Assembly (NCBI GenBank): GCA_001949185.1
Contig: BDGG01000001.1
Coordinates: forward strand, 248,001-312,000
Length of the DNA stretch: 64,000 nt
Source of the DNA: Ramazzottius varieornatus
Taxonomy: Eukaryota > Animalia > Tardigrada
Direction of reading: 5' to 3'
The stretch's first letter is position 1. Every line of letters starts with the position of its first letter. A program made the translations under genes and the position numbers. The notes below the pieces were generated by a model that worked only from the letters and a program-made list of their open reading frames with translations, did not search any database and was not told the DNA's origin. Positions 46,814 to 61,114 of the stretch are shown in pieces.

Positions 46814-48730
46814 TCAACACAGATCACAGCTACATCCCGCTATCATGGCGATAGTCCTCAGCACCACTTTCTTATTTGCACAACGAAGGCGAACAGACTT
46901 GGACTCAAATTCGTTAGGCAGACAACACAACTTCCGTCCGTCAGGTGGGGGTAGTCTACATTCCCTGGCGCAAGTTCGCTGATGTACGAGGTGCGTACTT
47001 TTGCAGTTGTCCTCCTCAATGAAGGCGTAGCGATGGTACATCGTATTACTACATGATCTCCTGGCCTGGGAAACCAAAGGAAATCAACCCGACAACCGTA
47101 CTGCGCAGTAAAGACGATGAGCTTACGTTTGTGATGTCATCGACTGTAGCTTGTACAAATCTGGCTTTTTCCAAGTCTGTACAGCCCTTGGTGGGGCACG
47201 AGCGTTGCTGGACCGTCCACTGGCAATCAGGGTTGCGGTTCGTCCATTGGTGTGAAATGGGGACTGCGCACGAGCAGTCGGTCCAGTCGAGGGTAATGTT
47301 GGAACAAGGGATCACTTCCTGTTGACACACCCATCGGCTGCAGCACTCGCTTTCCACAACGAGCTGCCTTCCGTATTCGCACTCCGATGGCTTCTTGTCT
47401 GGCAGACAAACATCGGAACAACCGTACACTCCATCAACGCACTGGCATACCGTCTGACAGTCCGGCTTCCAGCTTTCGCCATCTTGATAGATATTCCCGT
47501 TCACCTCACAGCTTTTAGGGTGCGAAGCTACAACAGAGTATATATAAGAGTAAACTCAAAATTCTAACTAGTCTAACATCAGTTAGGCCATTTATTGCGT
47601 TATTGTTCGAGCATTTTCTAATTTTTTGTCAGTGAGACATTTAGGTCAACGTCTTCTCTGCTTACCGCGACAAGTGCCCCGAGAACAATGTAGTCCGATT
47701 TCACAACTGTCGAGTGCACTACACTCGTCCCCATCCTGACGCGCGCAATGGTAGCAGCCACATCCACACAGGTCCTCCACCAGGCTGACCCCATCAGGAC
47801 ATTTTTCCGGGTATGCTCGACATACTTTGTGACAGCTCTTTGGACAACTCAATGTCTTGTCGTTCTCTGAAGATGGACTCTGTATGCAATGCAAAAGCAA
47901 ACCGTTAGAAGGTTCGAGATAGATTTTGGTTTGTAAACTGTAAATCCAACATGAGAGCTTCATCGATCCGAGACCCTATCTGATTATCCGCACCAAACAA
48001 ATCTTGTTTGCTCAACTAACAGATATCCTGAATGGTACGCAAATGTCAATACCTTATAGTTCGTTTTTTCTGTACAGAAGGAATATTGTAACGCACAGAT
48101 CAGCGGACTTCTTTAGGAGTAATTGTAATTTCTCTATTGAATTTGCTGAATGATGAACGAAAATCAATAGGCCGTGATTGCATGTGGTTAGGCTTCCCAT
48201 GCGCAAGCTAAATCTCTTCGTAAGCGTCAGGCTCACTCTTTCAAAATGCAAAGGAACAACGAGGTAAACAGGAGTGATGAATCTGTTTCCCGTTGTATTT
48301 GAAAGGAGAACTTCTGCACATCGATTTGCAATTGCGTGTGCTATATCACGATGGCATCGGCATCGTTATGGCGCCAACTAGTGATGAAAAGGCTCGCCGC
48401 TTCATTCTGCCTAACTTTGGGAAACATCTTACTCCACAACGAGGAGGGAATCACGCGGAAAATGTAGGCTAATCGTACCAACTAAATGTATGGTAATTTC
48501 AGCTAAAATTAAAGCCTTTACTCTGCCAGAGCTTTTAACCATTTGATTTAGTGGGAGAATAAAAATGTTAGAACGTAAAGCGGCTTCGGAGTTGGATAAC
48601 TAGACCGGCCTCCGCATCGTTTGTTTTTGTTGAGGGTTCTCACCTGAGAATCTTTGAGGAGAGAATTTGACGATTGGCCGTAAGCTGATGGATAGACGAT
48701 GCAGAAAAACAGGAAACAAAATAGATCCAT
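46814..48730 (-). CDS. CCN-family matricellular protein (signal peptide, IGFBP, VWC, TSP1, cystine knot)
   Basis: CPDGVSLVEDLCGCGCYHCARQDGDEC (IGFBP); NGNIYQDGESWKPDCQTVCQCVDG and ECCSRWVC (VWC); WTDCS..TNRNPDC (TSP1); DGRKLCCLP...LRC...IAGCSC (CT). Confidence 0.88.
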
Positions 48731-50797
48731 GGCGTAAAACGCAGGCGTAAAATATTCGATAAAATAATCAGTTCATATTCGGTCGGCTACACCTCATCAT
48801 GTAGTTTGCGACCATGCCTTAGGAAAATCTTGGGGAAGTCTGAAAATATGGCCTAGTTCCTCTCGAAGGAAATACGTCTACACCACGCCTCAAGGCAGAT
48901 CACATTCCATATTTCATGCACGCGTCATATCCAAAAATAAGTTCACATTGACCAGCATAATATCAAGCTCTAATTTGGCCAGCGGGCAGTATCAGTCGAT
49001 ACGTCGAGTAGCCAAACCAGATATGATCCCCAGTATCCGCAAATGTGACAGGAGCACTGTACAGCCTCAAGGCAAGTGTCAATCCCGATGGAGGAAAAGC
49101 TCCTACATCAATACTGGATTTCACCGTGGGAGTCACCAACAGCGCTCAACAGCTGCTACCGGCATCGAACAGATCACACACTGTGCATCCGCCGTCCATT
49201 ACGCTGTTCCCTTCCGTATTTGATTGGGAGGGCAAGAGGCGGGAAGGCTGATCCGCCAAGATGGATGTTATTCCGCTTTATTAGACCGACGTCCTCCTCT
49301 TAATGAAAGAGCAACATGGCCGTTTGCAGTAAAAGGGAGTCAAGTGCGGGACGCGCTACCAAGCATATTTCCCAAAATCCCTTCCCGGTTGGTCCCGTTG
49401 TGGAAGCCAGCTTGAGCTAGCCGAAAGTGTTATTGAAGCATCTCCCATCTTGACATGTGCGTGACCACGTTTCGATGAGGATTAATGACTAGCGCAAACA
49501 TAAACCAGTGCACACCATTCTACAAAGATTGCGGATCCGCCCAGATTTCACATGCGCCACCTCCAGACTGACTGCGGCCAAATGGATCCTCGAAATAAAA
49601 AACGGGATAACGAGACGTTCGTCGTACGCATGAAGTGCCTGGTTTCTATTCCATCATATTCAGCTGACTTTCCTGTTCGTAAACAGGTTGCACTGGAAAT
49701 GTGGGCGTTATTCTGGAGTCACGAACGGCAGCCTGCTGCGCAGCAGGACATGCTGATGTATTCGGGAGGAAACGAAATCGCAGCAGGGATTCACAAAAGC
49801 TTCTAAACACTCGTCTCTACCCTGGTGGAGTTTCAGCCTACTGCACAACGAGGACTTCGATCGGTCAGCTTTATCATAGTCCATGATGATGCACTCGATA
49901 TACAATATTTTGCTTTCCTCTCCATTCATTCCCTTTGGGGACTTCTCTGATATCCTATCCCAGCGATATTTATGCCAAGTTCATCGGTAAACAAATAAGC
50001 AGCCCAAACAGTGCTAATTCACAGAAGCAGATGGATTAGATTATGACGTGGTAAAGGCATGCTATGCCAAGTGTCGGTCTTTCGCGTGGCTTGGCCGGCC
50101 ATGCATCAGCCCTTTCATCCCAGTCTGTGGAAGTCTAACGCGTGCTTTGTGGATCTCGTTCTGCTTATGTGCAAAGCGGCTACGAGGAAGTGTACTGCTT
50201 CACATTTTGCCACGATGGAAATCGGATTAATTATTCTGCTGGGGCAAGTTAGCGGATGAATAATGCAAGCCAAACGGGTATATTAAGGACCTGCTGCTTC
50301 CACCAGGAAGTTCATAAAGTGGTGGTTTTTACTGCTCACTGTACAAGGAAGGAATACTTTATGAGGCATTCTTCAAAGTGGCCATAACTGACATTTTATA
50401 TATACACGAACGTGACAGCCACCATAAAGCACTGAGTGAACACAGCGTAGAACGGCCAAACGCTCGATTGATCACTTGATAGTTCCTTCTGATTGATGGA
50501 TATGGCACAGTATACGTTTGATTGGTAGCTTGACTAGCTTCTTGATCCCTTGATTCGATTTCCACCGGACATCGCACTTCCAGATGGCGCTGCATGTATG
50601 ATGTTGGTAACACCGTGGGCACCAAACCCCATCAACAAGCTCTAATCAAGGTAGGGCCATGGTTTCAAAACTTGCTGTCGCTGCTTCACGATATGATTTG
50701 ATTTTCTTTCCAATGATACGTTTCCCTCGATATTCCTCCTGCGTTTTCGGACGAGCAAAGTCTTCGTTCAAAAAAGGCGAAGAACATTGAGAAAAGG

Positions 50798-51691
50798 CTA
50801 CACGACACAGTTCAAAAATAGATTATGAAAGTCTGCATGGTCTTCTATTTTTCCTTTGAGTTTGGCCATCTGGATTGCAGCTTCCGGTGGCAACTCCACT
50901 GGCATCTTCGGAAAGTATTCCGACTCCGAACTTGTTACACTGTATCCCAGCTTTTCCAAGGCTTTGGCCACCTTCGAAGCTTCCATTGGATCACAGACGA
51001 ACCGTACAATGCCAGGTGCGGCTCCGCCGAGAATTTCTTCCGCGCCAGCTTCGATGGCTGCTTCCTCGGCCTTGTCCACATCCACCTCTACGTCTTCGCC
51101 TTTGTCATGCACGGCCGTCACGACGGTCTTATGGTCGAAGTTGAACATAATGCCCCCTCCATCGACCATGGCACCCATGTTTCGGTTGAGTATGCCGCGC
51201 AGTTCACCCTGTGTTCGCTTTGGGTTGTCTGTCATCACTTCGAGGATCATCAGCGCACCTCCCGGTCCTTTGGCTTCCATCGTCAGCAGCTCAATCTTCT
51301 TACCCACCATTTTGGCGATTACACGTTCTATACTGTCGTTAGGGAGGTTTAGCTTCTTGGCTTCTTCCATGATCTTGGCCAAATCGGAGTTCTTCTTCGG
51401 ATCAGCCGAGCCGTTCTTCCTTACAGCAAAGCGTAACTGTCTGGATATGCTGGCCATCACCAGCGATCTTTCAAAATCGTTCTTTCCTTTCGTGGCCTGG
51501 ATATTCTGCCAGTGACTGTGGCCTTTCCATAATGATGAAGAAAATGAGTAGAATCTCATAGAAGACCTGGAAAAAGGAAAGGAGGAAAGTTGTCTGGAGA
51601 GACAGCTGACGACTTCCGGTGAAGAAATCTGCGACTCTTTCATTGTCCTTATCCAGGGTGACAAAAGTGAACTCGCTCTTCGCCGGAACAT
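50798..51691 (-). CDS. TACO1: Translational activator of cytochrome c oxidase 1 (YebC/PmpR family), mitochondrial
   Basis: Presequence-like N-terminus, then GHSHWQNIQATKGKND, ADPKKNSDL, EAKGPGG and TDNPKRT. Confidence 0.93.
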   Translation of the reverse strand: MFRRRASSLLSPWIRTMKESQISSPEVVSCLSRQLSSFPFSRSSMRFYSFSSSLWKGHSHWQNIQATKGKNDFERSLVMASISRQLRFAVRKNGSADPKKNSDLAKIMEEAKKLNLPNDSIERVIAKMVGKKIELLTMEAKGPGGALMILEVMTDNPKRTQGELRGILNRNMGAMVDGGGIMFNFDHKTVVTAVHDKGEDVEVDVDKAEEAAIEAGAEEILGGAAPGIVRFVCDPMEASKVAKALEKLGYSVTSSESEYFPKMPVELPPEAAIQMAKLKGKIEDHADFHNLFLNCVV

Positions 51692-52666
51692 CTTTAGCCG
51701 CTCTGTGGAAAACCAGAAAACACAGAAGGTTAAACGACAGGAGATTCAGCACTTACTTCCGGTGGAACGTGGATTTACTGTAATTCATTCGAAATTTCAA
51801 ATCCAGGCATAGACCAGCGGCTGAATATGGCCTCTACTTTGACATGGCTTGCCAACACTCTGAAAGCGGAAAACGCTGTTTGCTGAGTCATCACGAACTC
51901 CATCATATCGATTAGTACAGCGTACGTGGCGCAGACTCATAGTGTGGAGAACGTGTTTCAAACCCTGTGGCGCAGCTTTTTACTGCCGTTTTTCTGTCTG
52001 GTCCGGAATACTAGTCCATTTTTTTGTGTTTGGTCTGGAACCTTTCACGACTGCGACGTTTTTTCTTCTGTTTAGTTTGCTTGAGTTTGGCGAGACAGTT
52101 TTCTTTTGTTGCTCGCAGTCCTTGATTGAATGAAAAGCTCATTATGAGTTCTGCTGTGGATTACATCAAATGACGTACTGTATATCATATACACTTGACG
52201 TCAACCGTATCGGCCATGCCTACTTATTAACGGAACTAATCAATCAATCGCTCAATCAGGTGTCTTACGCTCCAGCAAGGCATATTCAGCAGCTTGTCTA
52301 TGAATCCAGGCTATCCAGCCATGATCGATCCGACCCCACAACTCAATCAACCTGTTCAATCAACTCACACTAACCAATAAGCTAGGCGAAGCGATTTATA
52401 GATCATATTAGTAATCCGTCTCGTCGCGAAAAGTGACCATCTCGGTTGTCCGTCCATACTGAGCGTGAAGCTTTGTCAGGTCCTACAGCCCTGGGATATG
52501 ATTTACGGTGACGTTCCTGCCGGTCCGCATGGTTGGCAAATTGCAATCGCAGTTTTAGTTCTTTCTGCTTTCCAGCCGACTTCGTATGTTTCCTACCTAG
52601 CTCCTCCGGAAGATCATCCATCGTCGAAGCTCATCCTTGGTTGGACTTATCCGGATCTCTTGAAAG

Positions 52667-53131
52667 ATGGTAGGCGGATGAACTTTCAGGATGGCTTTGT
52701 GGATCACCATGATGTGTTTTCGTTCCAGGCCAAGCGTACGAAGAAAGTTGGTATCACCGGAAAGTGGGGAACGCGTTATGGTGCCTCGCTCCGAAAGACG
52801 GCCAAAAAGCTGGAAATCACCCAGCATTCAAAGTACACCTGTCTCTTCTGTGGCAAAGTAAGACCCTAGCCAGCGTTTGGAGTGGTATTGTAAGGTTGAA
52901 AGATGGATGTTCGTTTCAGGATGCCATGAGGAGATCGTGTGTGGGAATCTGGTCATGCCGTCGTTGCCGTAAGACTGTGGCTGGTGGAGCATACGTTTAC
53001 GCGTAAGTCGGTCCATTCCTTGTATTCTTGCTCTTTATTGATGCAGAATGGTTCTCGTGTCTTCTAGGACAACGGCTGCTGCAACGGTAAGGTCCACGAT
53101 CCGTCGTCTTCGTGAACTGAAGGACATATAG
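52667..53131 (+). CDS. RPL37A: 60S ribosomal protein eL43 / L37a (4 exons)
   Basis: ATG, intron, [23 protein letters not shown]...YTCLFCGK, intron, [25 protein letters not shown], intron, [20 protein letters not shown]. Confidence 0.96.
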
Positions 53132-53693
53132 ATTCATCCCATATCCATTCATGGTTTTAACCGTTGATTCCTTGATGAGGCGATGTGACTTCTGACTTCC
53201 GTTCGATTTCTTCTGATTTGACACCTCGTACTGACTCGCAGCGGTTTTTCATGCTCGTTTCTCGCTACTTCGCTGGATGTAGTGTTCCACGAAGAGAAGT
53301 TCGGCTGTTTGCGCTGAAGACTCCGAACATTGTCGAATAAAACATCGTTCCGAACTTCCTGCTGTTACTTTGTCGTGGTTTGTAAAGCGAAACGTCTTGC
53401 TTGAACATCCGTCTACTCAGAAAAGCCAAGGAAAAACAGCATTCTCATTCCATCAAAAATTGATGGAGGACAGCGAAGAGAACAATTCACACAGCAAGAC
53501 GATGACACTCAGAATGATCAAAAACATATCAGACAATCTCACTGAATTAACCTGATACAGAAGGACTCCAGGCGTCACAGCTGTGCTCGCATATGAAACA
53601 TGATCGAAAAACTGTTATAACAAGTTACATTAAACAACCGCGAAGCTATCGGCCAAGAAACGTTATCGGAACTCGAAAGGCAACATGAAATTG

Positions 53694-55071
53694 CTATTCC
53701 GCAGCTGCCGCAGCGCTCGTTGTAGGTTCAGTAACAGCGCGTTCTTCCGGACTTGCGGGCGACTCATGTTCTTCCTCCTTCGCTGTCTCTCCCTCAGCCG
53801 GTGTTTCAGTCGATACCTCTGGCTCAGCCACGGCCAAGTTTTCGCTAGCTTGGGAGTTAATCTTGGCCATCATATCGTCTTCTTCAGCCGTCAGATCAAC
53901 GACGGGTTCGATAATCTTGGGAGCTGCTTCGGGTGCAACGTTGACTTGTTGGACCGGAACGAGGAACGAGACTTTCTTCCCGTTTTCCACCTTGCTTTGG
54001 ACCATAAACTGCTGTCCTGGTGTTCCGGCGGGACTTCCGGCGGGAACAGCCGTGACGATGGTGCCTACTGGCAGCGTCTGGACGTTGGCGACATTGACGG
54101 CTGTTCCTGCCTTTGCCGGAGCACTCTTTGGCATGACTGTAACGAGCAAAACATGGGAATGCCTCTTCCGATACATTTCGGAATTAACGAGTACAGTACG
54201 CAGGAGGACGGCAAACGAGGCGCACGAGATCGTCGCTTCAAGTGGCGCAAACTCCTGGCCAAAAACACAACCAAAATCTGCGCCACTTCAGACAACGCAT
54301 TGAATGTTTAGTTTCCGGCCTCCGATCGGGAAACCGAATTCGCAAAAGTACCTATCGATCGAGAACCAGGACGGTCAGGAGTAAAGGTGACTTTACGAGC
54401 AGGAGAAGAGGTGCTGCCTGGAGGACGGCCCACTGGTCGAGGAGCGGACGAGATGGAAGGCTTGGCAGCCGAGTGCGTGCGCTTCGCTTCATTTGCCTGC
54501 ATCAGTTGAAGACTCCTCTGGGCTGCTTGAGCCTGAAGCTGGGCAGCTTGCTGGACGACGCGCAGCGACTGGTCAGTTTGAGCTGTGAACTTGCTGGGAT
54601 CTAGTCCTCTTCCCTGAAAACAGACAAGAGGAAATTCAGTCAAAACGAACACACAATGGCTCACTGTGGTATGCAGCTGAAATGAGGTAAAACTTCCCCT
54701 GAATAGCCTTCAGCTAGCACGACATTCAGGCGGGTAAAATAAACGGATACTGAATGACCTGCGTCACTTACGATAGCGTCGGATAACAGAGGAATGAAGC
54801 TGCTAGGAATATTTGGGGAAATTTTGGAGGCTTCCAGTTTGCTCTGAAAATAAAGCCCAACGTGTGAAAAAGTCTGCACAGGCATGGAATCATCGGGACT
54901 CACCATTTTAATGCAGAGATCGGAACGTTCTAACTTGAGCCTGTAGATGTCTCCTTCCAACGATCGACGTTTCGCTCGTTCTTCATCCAGCTTCTTTCGC
55001 AAGAAGGCAATCTCGTCTTCGGGATCATACTTGCGCTTCTTGTTCCAGGCACGGTCGTTCACGACTGCCAT
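53694..55071 (-). CDS. Unknown multi-exon protein: NLS and coiled coil followed by low-complexity region
   Basis: MAVVNDRAWNKKRKY...EIAFLRKKLDEERAKRRSLE; further exons with GT-AG boundaries; GRPPGS (AT-hook-like) and VVDLT (SIM-like) motifs. Confidence 0.55.
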
Positions 55072-57403
55072 CTTGACAATTTTAGAAACTAGGATCGGAA
55101 CGTCGGGAATGACGGGGAAAGAAGAAATTTTCGACACAGCAAAATGGAGGATTCTCCCAGTCACAGCTGCGCACCACGCAGCTTGCCGACGTGGGGCGGG
55201 TCGGTATTTGCCCAGGAGCCAACCACAAAAGTCATTTTTACAGCCGAGAGCCGTATTCGGTGGTTCAGACGCAGATGGTGACGTCAGCCAGTTCGGTTCG
55301 AGTTTTTCTGGCTGTTTTCCCAACTTCGATCTCAAATCTCAGTCCTGACTCTTGGAAGAAGCTCCTGTTTTCCTGCGCAGCAAACTCCGAGCACTCCCTT
55401 GCCTGTTGCGGGATCTGGAGAAAGAAGATCGCGGTATATGATTCCATTCCGGACCACTGCCTGCTCTTGCTCATCCGGCTGATCCAGCTGATGAAACAAG
55501 CCGGTATATCTCCTGTTTGTTTACATTCAATCAACAATCTATCATATGGCGGCAGATTGACCAGTCCGACCACAACTGCCACCAAGCCTGTCCACCGTTC
55601 CAGCATTCCGCACATTCTTTTGTTGAAATCTGGAACTAGCGAGAAACCTCTGTATCGCGCTTGTTTGCTCTTGCAGGAGTATTCGGATACATTCTGCTTC
55701 GCTGGAGTACATCTCAAAACGAATCGCGATGCTCGTCTTTGTGCCCTTGATTGAGTGCTCAGGTAAGTTAATTATTGATTTGGTTGCTGATTGTGTTATG
55801 CTGTGCCGCGTGACTATCAGCGGTTATTTGACCCATGGTTGATCACGTGGTTTCGGTCGTTGCTGTGAAACGCTTCATCCATTTGGAATATTGGTGTGAA
55901 TGTATTGGTCATGATTTGAGTTGTAGATTTGCTTCTCATTAATTGTGCTTACAGCCGATTTATGTAGAGTAAGGGCACACGTTTGAGGGTGGGACAAGGA
56001 AACGCATTTGCGCAGGAAAGGTTGAAGGGGGAGTTCGAATCCGATTTGGAGTGCATCAGGGTGTATTATCAAGAGTAATCCAGGTTTATCCTCTGGAGTC
56101 TCGAACAGCTGCTGTCAGCTGTATGAGTTAGCCTTCACTCCTTCAGGCGTCGTTTGCGGTCCCCAGGCAAATTTGGGCTAGCCGTGAAGGAATGCAAAGT
56201 TCAGGCGGGAACCTCAGAGTCAGGCAGCGGAAGCAAACTCTGTACGAGATCGATCATCAGTGCTCAAATGTGTTGGTTCTCTTATTTCAGGCTGTCGTCT
56301 TTCCTGTCGGTCTCTCTCCCGCCATGCGGAAGTGCTTGGAGAAGAATAATTAAGGGCACATTGCTGAGGCGGAAGTTGGTTGAATTCACACGTGCGGAAA
56401 ACGTGCGATATCACTTTTTCTTGGTCGAGACTAAACTTGCAACAGATTTTACTATGCAAAATTATCCTGCGCCTGTTTTTTCTTCGATATTTCCCAAGCT
56501 TGTTCCTCTACAGCCTGCAAGGATAGAAGATCGACGAAGGCAAGTTAAACCAAGGAGAGCGGAACGAATGCGGGTTGACATATGATATTGACTTTTGAAG
56601 CGTAAATCATTACGGCTGTTTTTACGTTACGTTGAGCAAATTTGTTGAAGGCTTGTTTTGCAACTTCTCTTTGCGACTTGCACGGACCGACTGTTTTCTA
56701 GACCGAGCAGCTGCTGCTGCTGATGTTGTCATCCGATCGTTACACAATGCTTGGACTTGTTGCAGAGGAATTCCTGAAACAAGGACGGCCTTAATGTTAT
56801 ATTCCTCCGTCAGCTTTCGAAAATCTCCTGAAAATCTCCTTCTTCGTTGTCTGTTTTTGAAAATCGTGAATTCTTTGCTGCGCCGCCTCTGCAATGCCTC
56901 GAAGGTGTGATTGTGTGAGTAATCAGATCTCGTCGGCTTATTTCTTGTTCTATTTCATGTTGTAGAGAATCACGCGATGAAACATCAGGAAAGCTAGTTC
57001 TTTCTTGTGGGACCATGCGTGCTTCTGTTTTGGTAGAGAAACATTTTGAAAAGGTGGCAACATGCATTCCTGACCGTGCATCGGAAGACAATGGTCCAAA
57101 GTCCAGGTTTCGCCGACGGTGGTGTAATTCGAAGGCTTACAATAGTCCACAATCGGAAGCAGTGTTTGTAATATCAATATCGAACCCACTGTGAAATGTA
57201 TGAATCGGTCATGCTTTCATCGTGTGAGGTTGCAATGTGGAATCATTGTTCTTCGAGGAGTGGTTGGGACAGGGAGTTGTTGAAATTGTGTGAACGTTGG
57301 TTGTAATCTGGATCTGATAAAAGCTGGGTGTTTCTACTCTTTTGTAGGTGGAAGAATATCAGTCTGACGATAAGGTTTGGTATGCCGCAGTAAAGCCCTA
57401 GCC

Positions 57404-60400
57404 ATGCATGTGCATGGAAGCAACCAAGTCTCGCCGAAGGCTGCGCGAAGACCGAGTGACGTGAATCGGCCCATCTCCAAGTCTCACGATCATCTCAATG
57501 TGGAAGCCTTCGAGTCGCCGACACTGGGCCTCCGCCATCCCTCCCTGTCCAAGTCGATGCATTCGGTCAAGGCTGCCGCCTCCCAGCTGGTGGCTCCCGA
57601 CGGGGGCTTCGGCTGGGTCGTCGTCTTTGGTTCCTTCCTCGTCCATGTCGTCATGGACGGCATCACTTACTCCTTTGGTGCACTACTGCCGCATCTACTG
57701 GATAAGTTCCAAGCAGGAGAAGCCTCCACGGGCGCCGTCGGATCGACGCTCTTTGGAGTCACGCTCGTCGTCGGTAAAGTTTCATTTCAGGATTTTGGGG
57801 ATCAAAATAATGCTTTTGGTGATCAAAATATAGTCCGGAATAAATCAGATTAGTTTAGTTAGATTCCGCCGTCGTCATCAGTCCAACCCGATTATTCTAA
57901 GATTCTTCTTGGTGAAATACAGTCTCATTTGGGAATGATTCGGCCTCCTTGAAAAAAATAGTTGGAATTTTGTTTGTAGTTTTTGATGGTGGAAATCACT
58001 GCAATTTTGCGAATTTTATCCGACTAATTTTCTCAAGATTCGTTTTTTGAATGTTGGCACGGGACATTTGTTTGTAGTTCTTCAACGATGAGCGTATGAC
58101 GTTGGTCTTTTGGTTTTAGGTCCAGCAGTGGCAGCTTTAGTGAATCGTTTCGGCTGCAGATCGGTGACGGTCGTTGGAGGACTGGTGGCCACCATCGGAT
58201 GTGTTCTCAGTGTTTTCTCACCCAATATTACTTTCATGCTGGTCTTTTTCGGAATAGTAACCGGTGAGAAACTATCCTCGACCTTTCCAGATCGCTTTCA
58301 ACAGAATGTTGTTTTCGTGGGATTATCTGATGGTTTTCCTGTGAAATTTGGTTTATTTCTCGAAGTTGTTTTCCAATAATATTTCAAATTATTCTGCTGG
58401 TTGAAGGTCTGGGTGCCGGTTTGATTTACTTGCCAGCTATCGTCAGCGTCACGCAGTGGTTTGAGAAGCGCAGGTCTTTCGCCACGGGAATCGCCGTTTG
58501 TGGATCGGGCCTGGGCACTTTTGCCTTCCCGCCTCTCACGGAAATGCTCATCGAACAGTACAACTGGAACGGCGCACTCCTCATCATCGCCGGCATCGTC
58601 TTCAACAACTGCGTCTTTGGCATGTTATTCAGACCTGTCGAATACGACCACACCGTCACCGTAAGATATAATACCCAAAATTTCCAGGGGAAAAGACCAA
58701 ATTAAGATATGGGAGCCCGGCGATTAAACTCGACAGGATGGTTCTCCTGAGTGGCGCACTTTTCCCGTTGTATTGACGGGAAGCGTGCGCTAGTTGGAGA
58801 AGTGATCTCCTCATGCCTGTTTGCCGAGCTCCCAAATTGATCCTGGGAAAAACGGATGGAGGATACTGAAATAATTGAAATAGATGGTGAAAAGTGCGCG
58901 ATTGAGCCACTCTACTGTGGAAACTTTGACGCTAAACTTTTTGTGCGATTTTGTAGGTGGTGAATGCAACGGAAAGTCCGCAAGATGAGCTGGGAGAACT
59001 TCCAAATCTTCGAATAGATTCTCACTCAAGAATGAAGAAGATCAGCACCGGTAGCATGGACGACAAGTACGGCACAGGATCCACCGATGCGGACAGAAGT
59101 CTCATTTCCGCAAAGTCCGATACGCATATACATGTGGAACAACGGAGGACCAGCAGGTCCAACAGCATCAAGATGGGCAGTCGGGGGAAACTGAACGGCT
59201 TGCATAGCTCCAGCATCAGGTAAGGAAAAGCCGTCACTCAGTGGCAACTGTGAAAGCTGCTTTGACTGCTTTGTGTGCTGGTAGGTTAACGGAAGTGAAG
59301 CAGGATGGCAGTGTGACCGATGTGGCCAAAGTGGGCCTGCAGAGTCCCTTCACCAGGAAGGATACGCTGTATACGGGGTCGCTGTCCACCATACCACTCT
59401 ATAGGGAAGACCCGACCAAGTATAAGAGTAGCATGCTGGATCTCTCTAAAGCCACAGGTTTGTTGATCGAAAAAAGTCGCCAGAGAATAAAGTTGGGTAG
59501 ATGAATCGAATCAGATGATTTTTTCAACTGACGCATGTTGTCCTTGTTAGTCGCTGGGAGCGTGCGCCACTTGGAAGAACGGTCTGGTCGAATTCGTTTA
59601 TCTTTCCCAGTGGCGCACGCTTGCAGTGTTATTGGCTCGAAGCCTACGCCACTTGCGGAGACCATCTGGGCTCAGTTTATTTGCCCAGCTCCCACTCCAG
59701 ACTGGTTGAAATGATTTCCGGTTTAGTGGTGGATGCGAAAGGTTCGCCTTCAAAGCTGCAGATCGATGAGACGGCCGCGCCGCGCAAGACCGGCGTTCGT
59801 GGTTGGTGCTCCCGAATTTCGACAGTCTTCACCGAAATGATGGACCCGGTCCTCCTCACAGACTGGATTTTTCTGTGGTTCTCCATCAGTAATTTCTTCA
59901 CCTCCATCGCCTTTCAAGTTCCTTACATCTTCCTCATCGACCGCGCCGAGAAGGAGTACCACATCGAGAAGAGTATGGCGGCCTGGCTCGTTTCCGCCAT
60001 CGGCATAGGTGACAGAAAAGTCACCTTGAACAAAAATCCAGAAATTCACCCCTCGTTTTCTTTATACAGGGAATATTTTTGGGCGATTGGGTTTCGGTCT
60101 CCTCTCTGACTTCAAATGGGTGAACCGGCTGGCTCTATACAACGTGGCAGTGACGGTGGCTGGGGTGGCCATGTTCGTGAGTGTCTGGTGTCGGACGTTC
60201 GTCACGCTGGCCATTTTCGCCGCGGTCTTTGGCATCTTCATCGGTGAGATTGCTTTGAACCACCATTATAGAAAACACGGTTTCTCTTGTGATATTTGAC
60301 CGTCAAAGCACCGTGGTTTCTATCTCGGAAGCTCCATTCTGATTTTAATGGTGGAGTTTGTTCTCGTGTCGACAGGGGCTTTCGTAACGTTGACGCCAGT

Positions 60401-61114
60401 CATCCTCGTCGATCTTTTCGGTCTGGAAAGATTGACTAACGCTTTCGGCATCCTTTTGCTCTTTCAAGGCATCGCTTCCTTTGTCGGACCACCGATCGCC
60501 GGTAAGAACTTCACAGAATCGGCTTTCATTCTGATTGATCTGATTCTCTGATTCTGATTCATACTGATTGGGAAATTTTGCCGTTCTTATCCGAAAAGGC
60601 TACCAAGGCCGTGCTCGGCACGATCTTGAGAGCCTTGGTCGAAAGAGGAAGGTAGAATTAGGAGGCTAGCAAATGCAACGCACAAGATGGATATCTCAAG
60701 TGGCGCACGGTTACAGCCAATAACACCGAAACGTGCGCCACTGGGGATCGAACCGGTTGGTTAATGTTTACAGGATACCTCAAGGAAGTTACGGGTGATT
60801 ACGACTCGGCTTTCCTGGTTTTCGGCCTCATGATGGCAGCTAGCGGTGCCATGCTCTTCTTCATTCCGTGTCTGCGGACACTGCAAGTCAAGTGTACGGG
60901 CCGCCAGCCCGTTACTAGTGCGCCCACCGCCGTGGTCTACACTGCCCCCAAAGTGGCTTCACACAACGGCAAGCCTCTTCCCGAGGAAACGCGACTCTTG
61001 GACGAACATGGGCAGGTGACGTTACCTGATGAAGCCATGCCAGATTTGGTCCTGCCGTCCATCCAGATCAACGACAGGAGAGCCTCGGCCACGCCGGGTG
61101 CTGTGGTAGCTTAG
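57404..61114 (+). CDS. Monocarboxylate transporter (SLC16/MCT, MFS), multi-exon; the start may lie further upstream
   Basis: APDGGFGWVVVFGSF, NRFGCRSV, YLPAIVSVTQWFEKRRSFATGIAVCGSG, FTRKDTLYTGSL and LVDLFGLERLTNAFG. Confidence 0.94.

Noticed and set aside
49045-49251. ILDFTVGVTNSAQQLLP resembling the MULE DFExAxxNAxxxxFP motif
   Set aside because: Too degenerate, with no supporting motifs or TIRs.
56600-57190. Possible decayed transposase fragments (also 61540-62060)
   Set aside because: No catalytic motif could be identified confidently.
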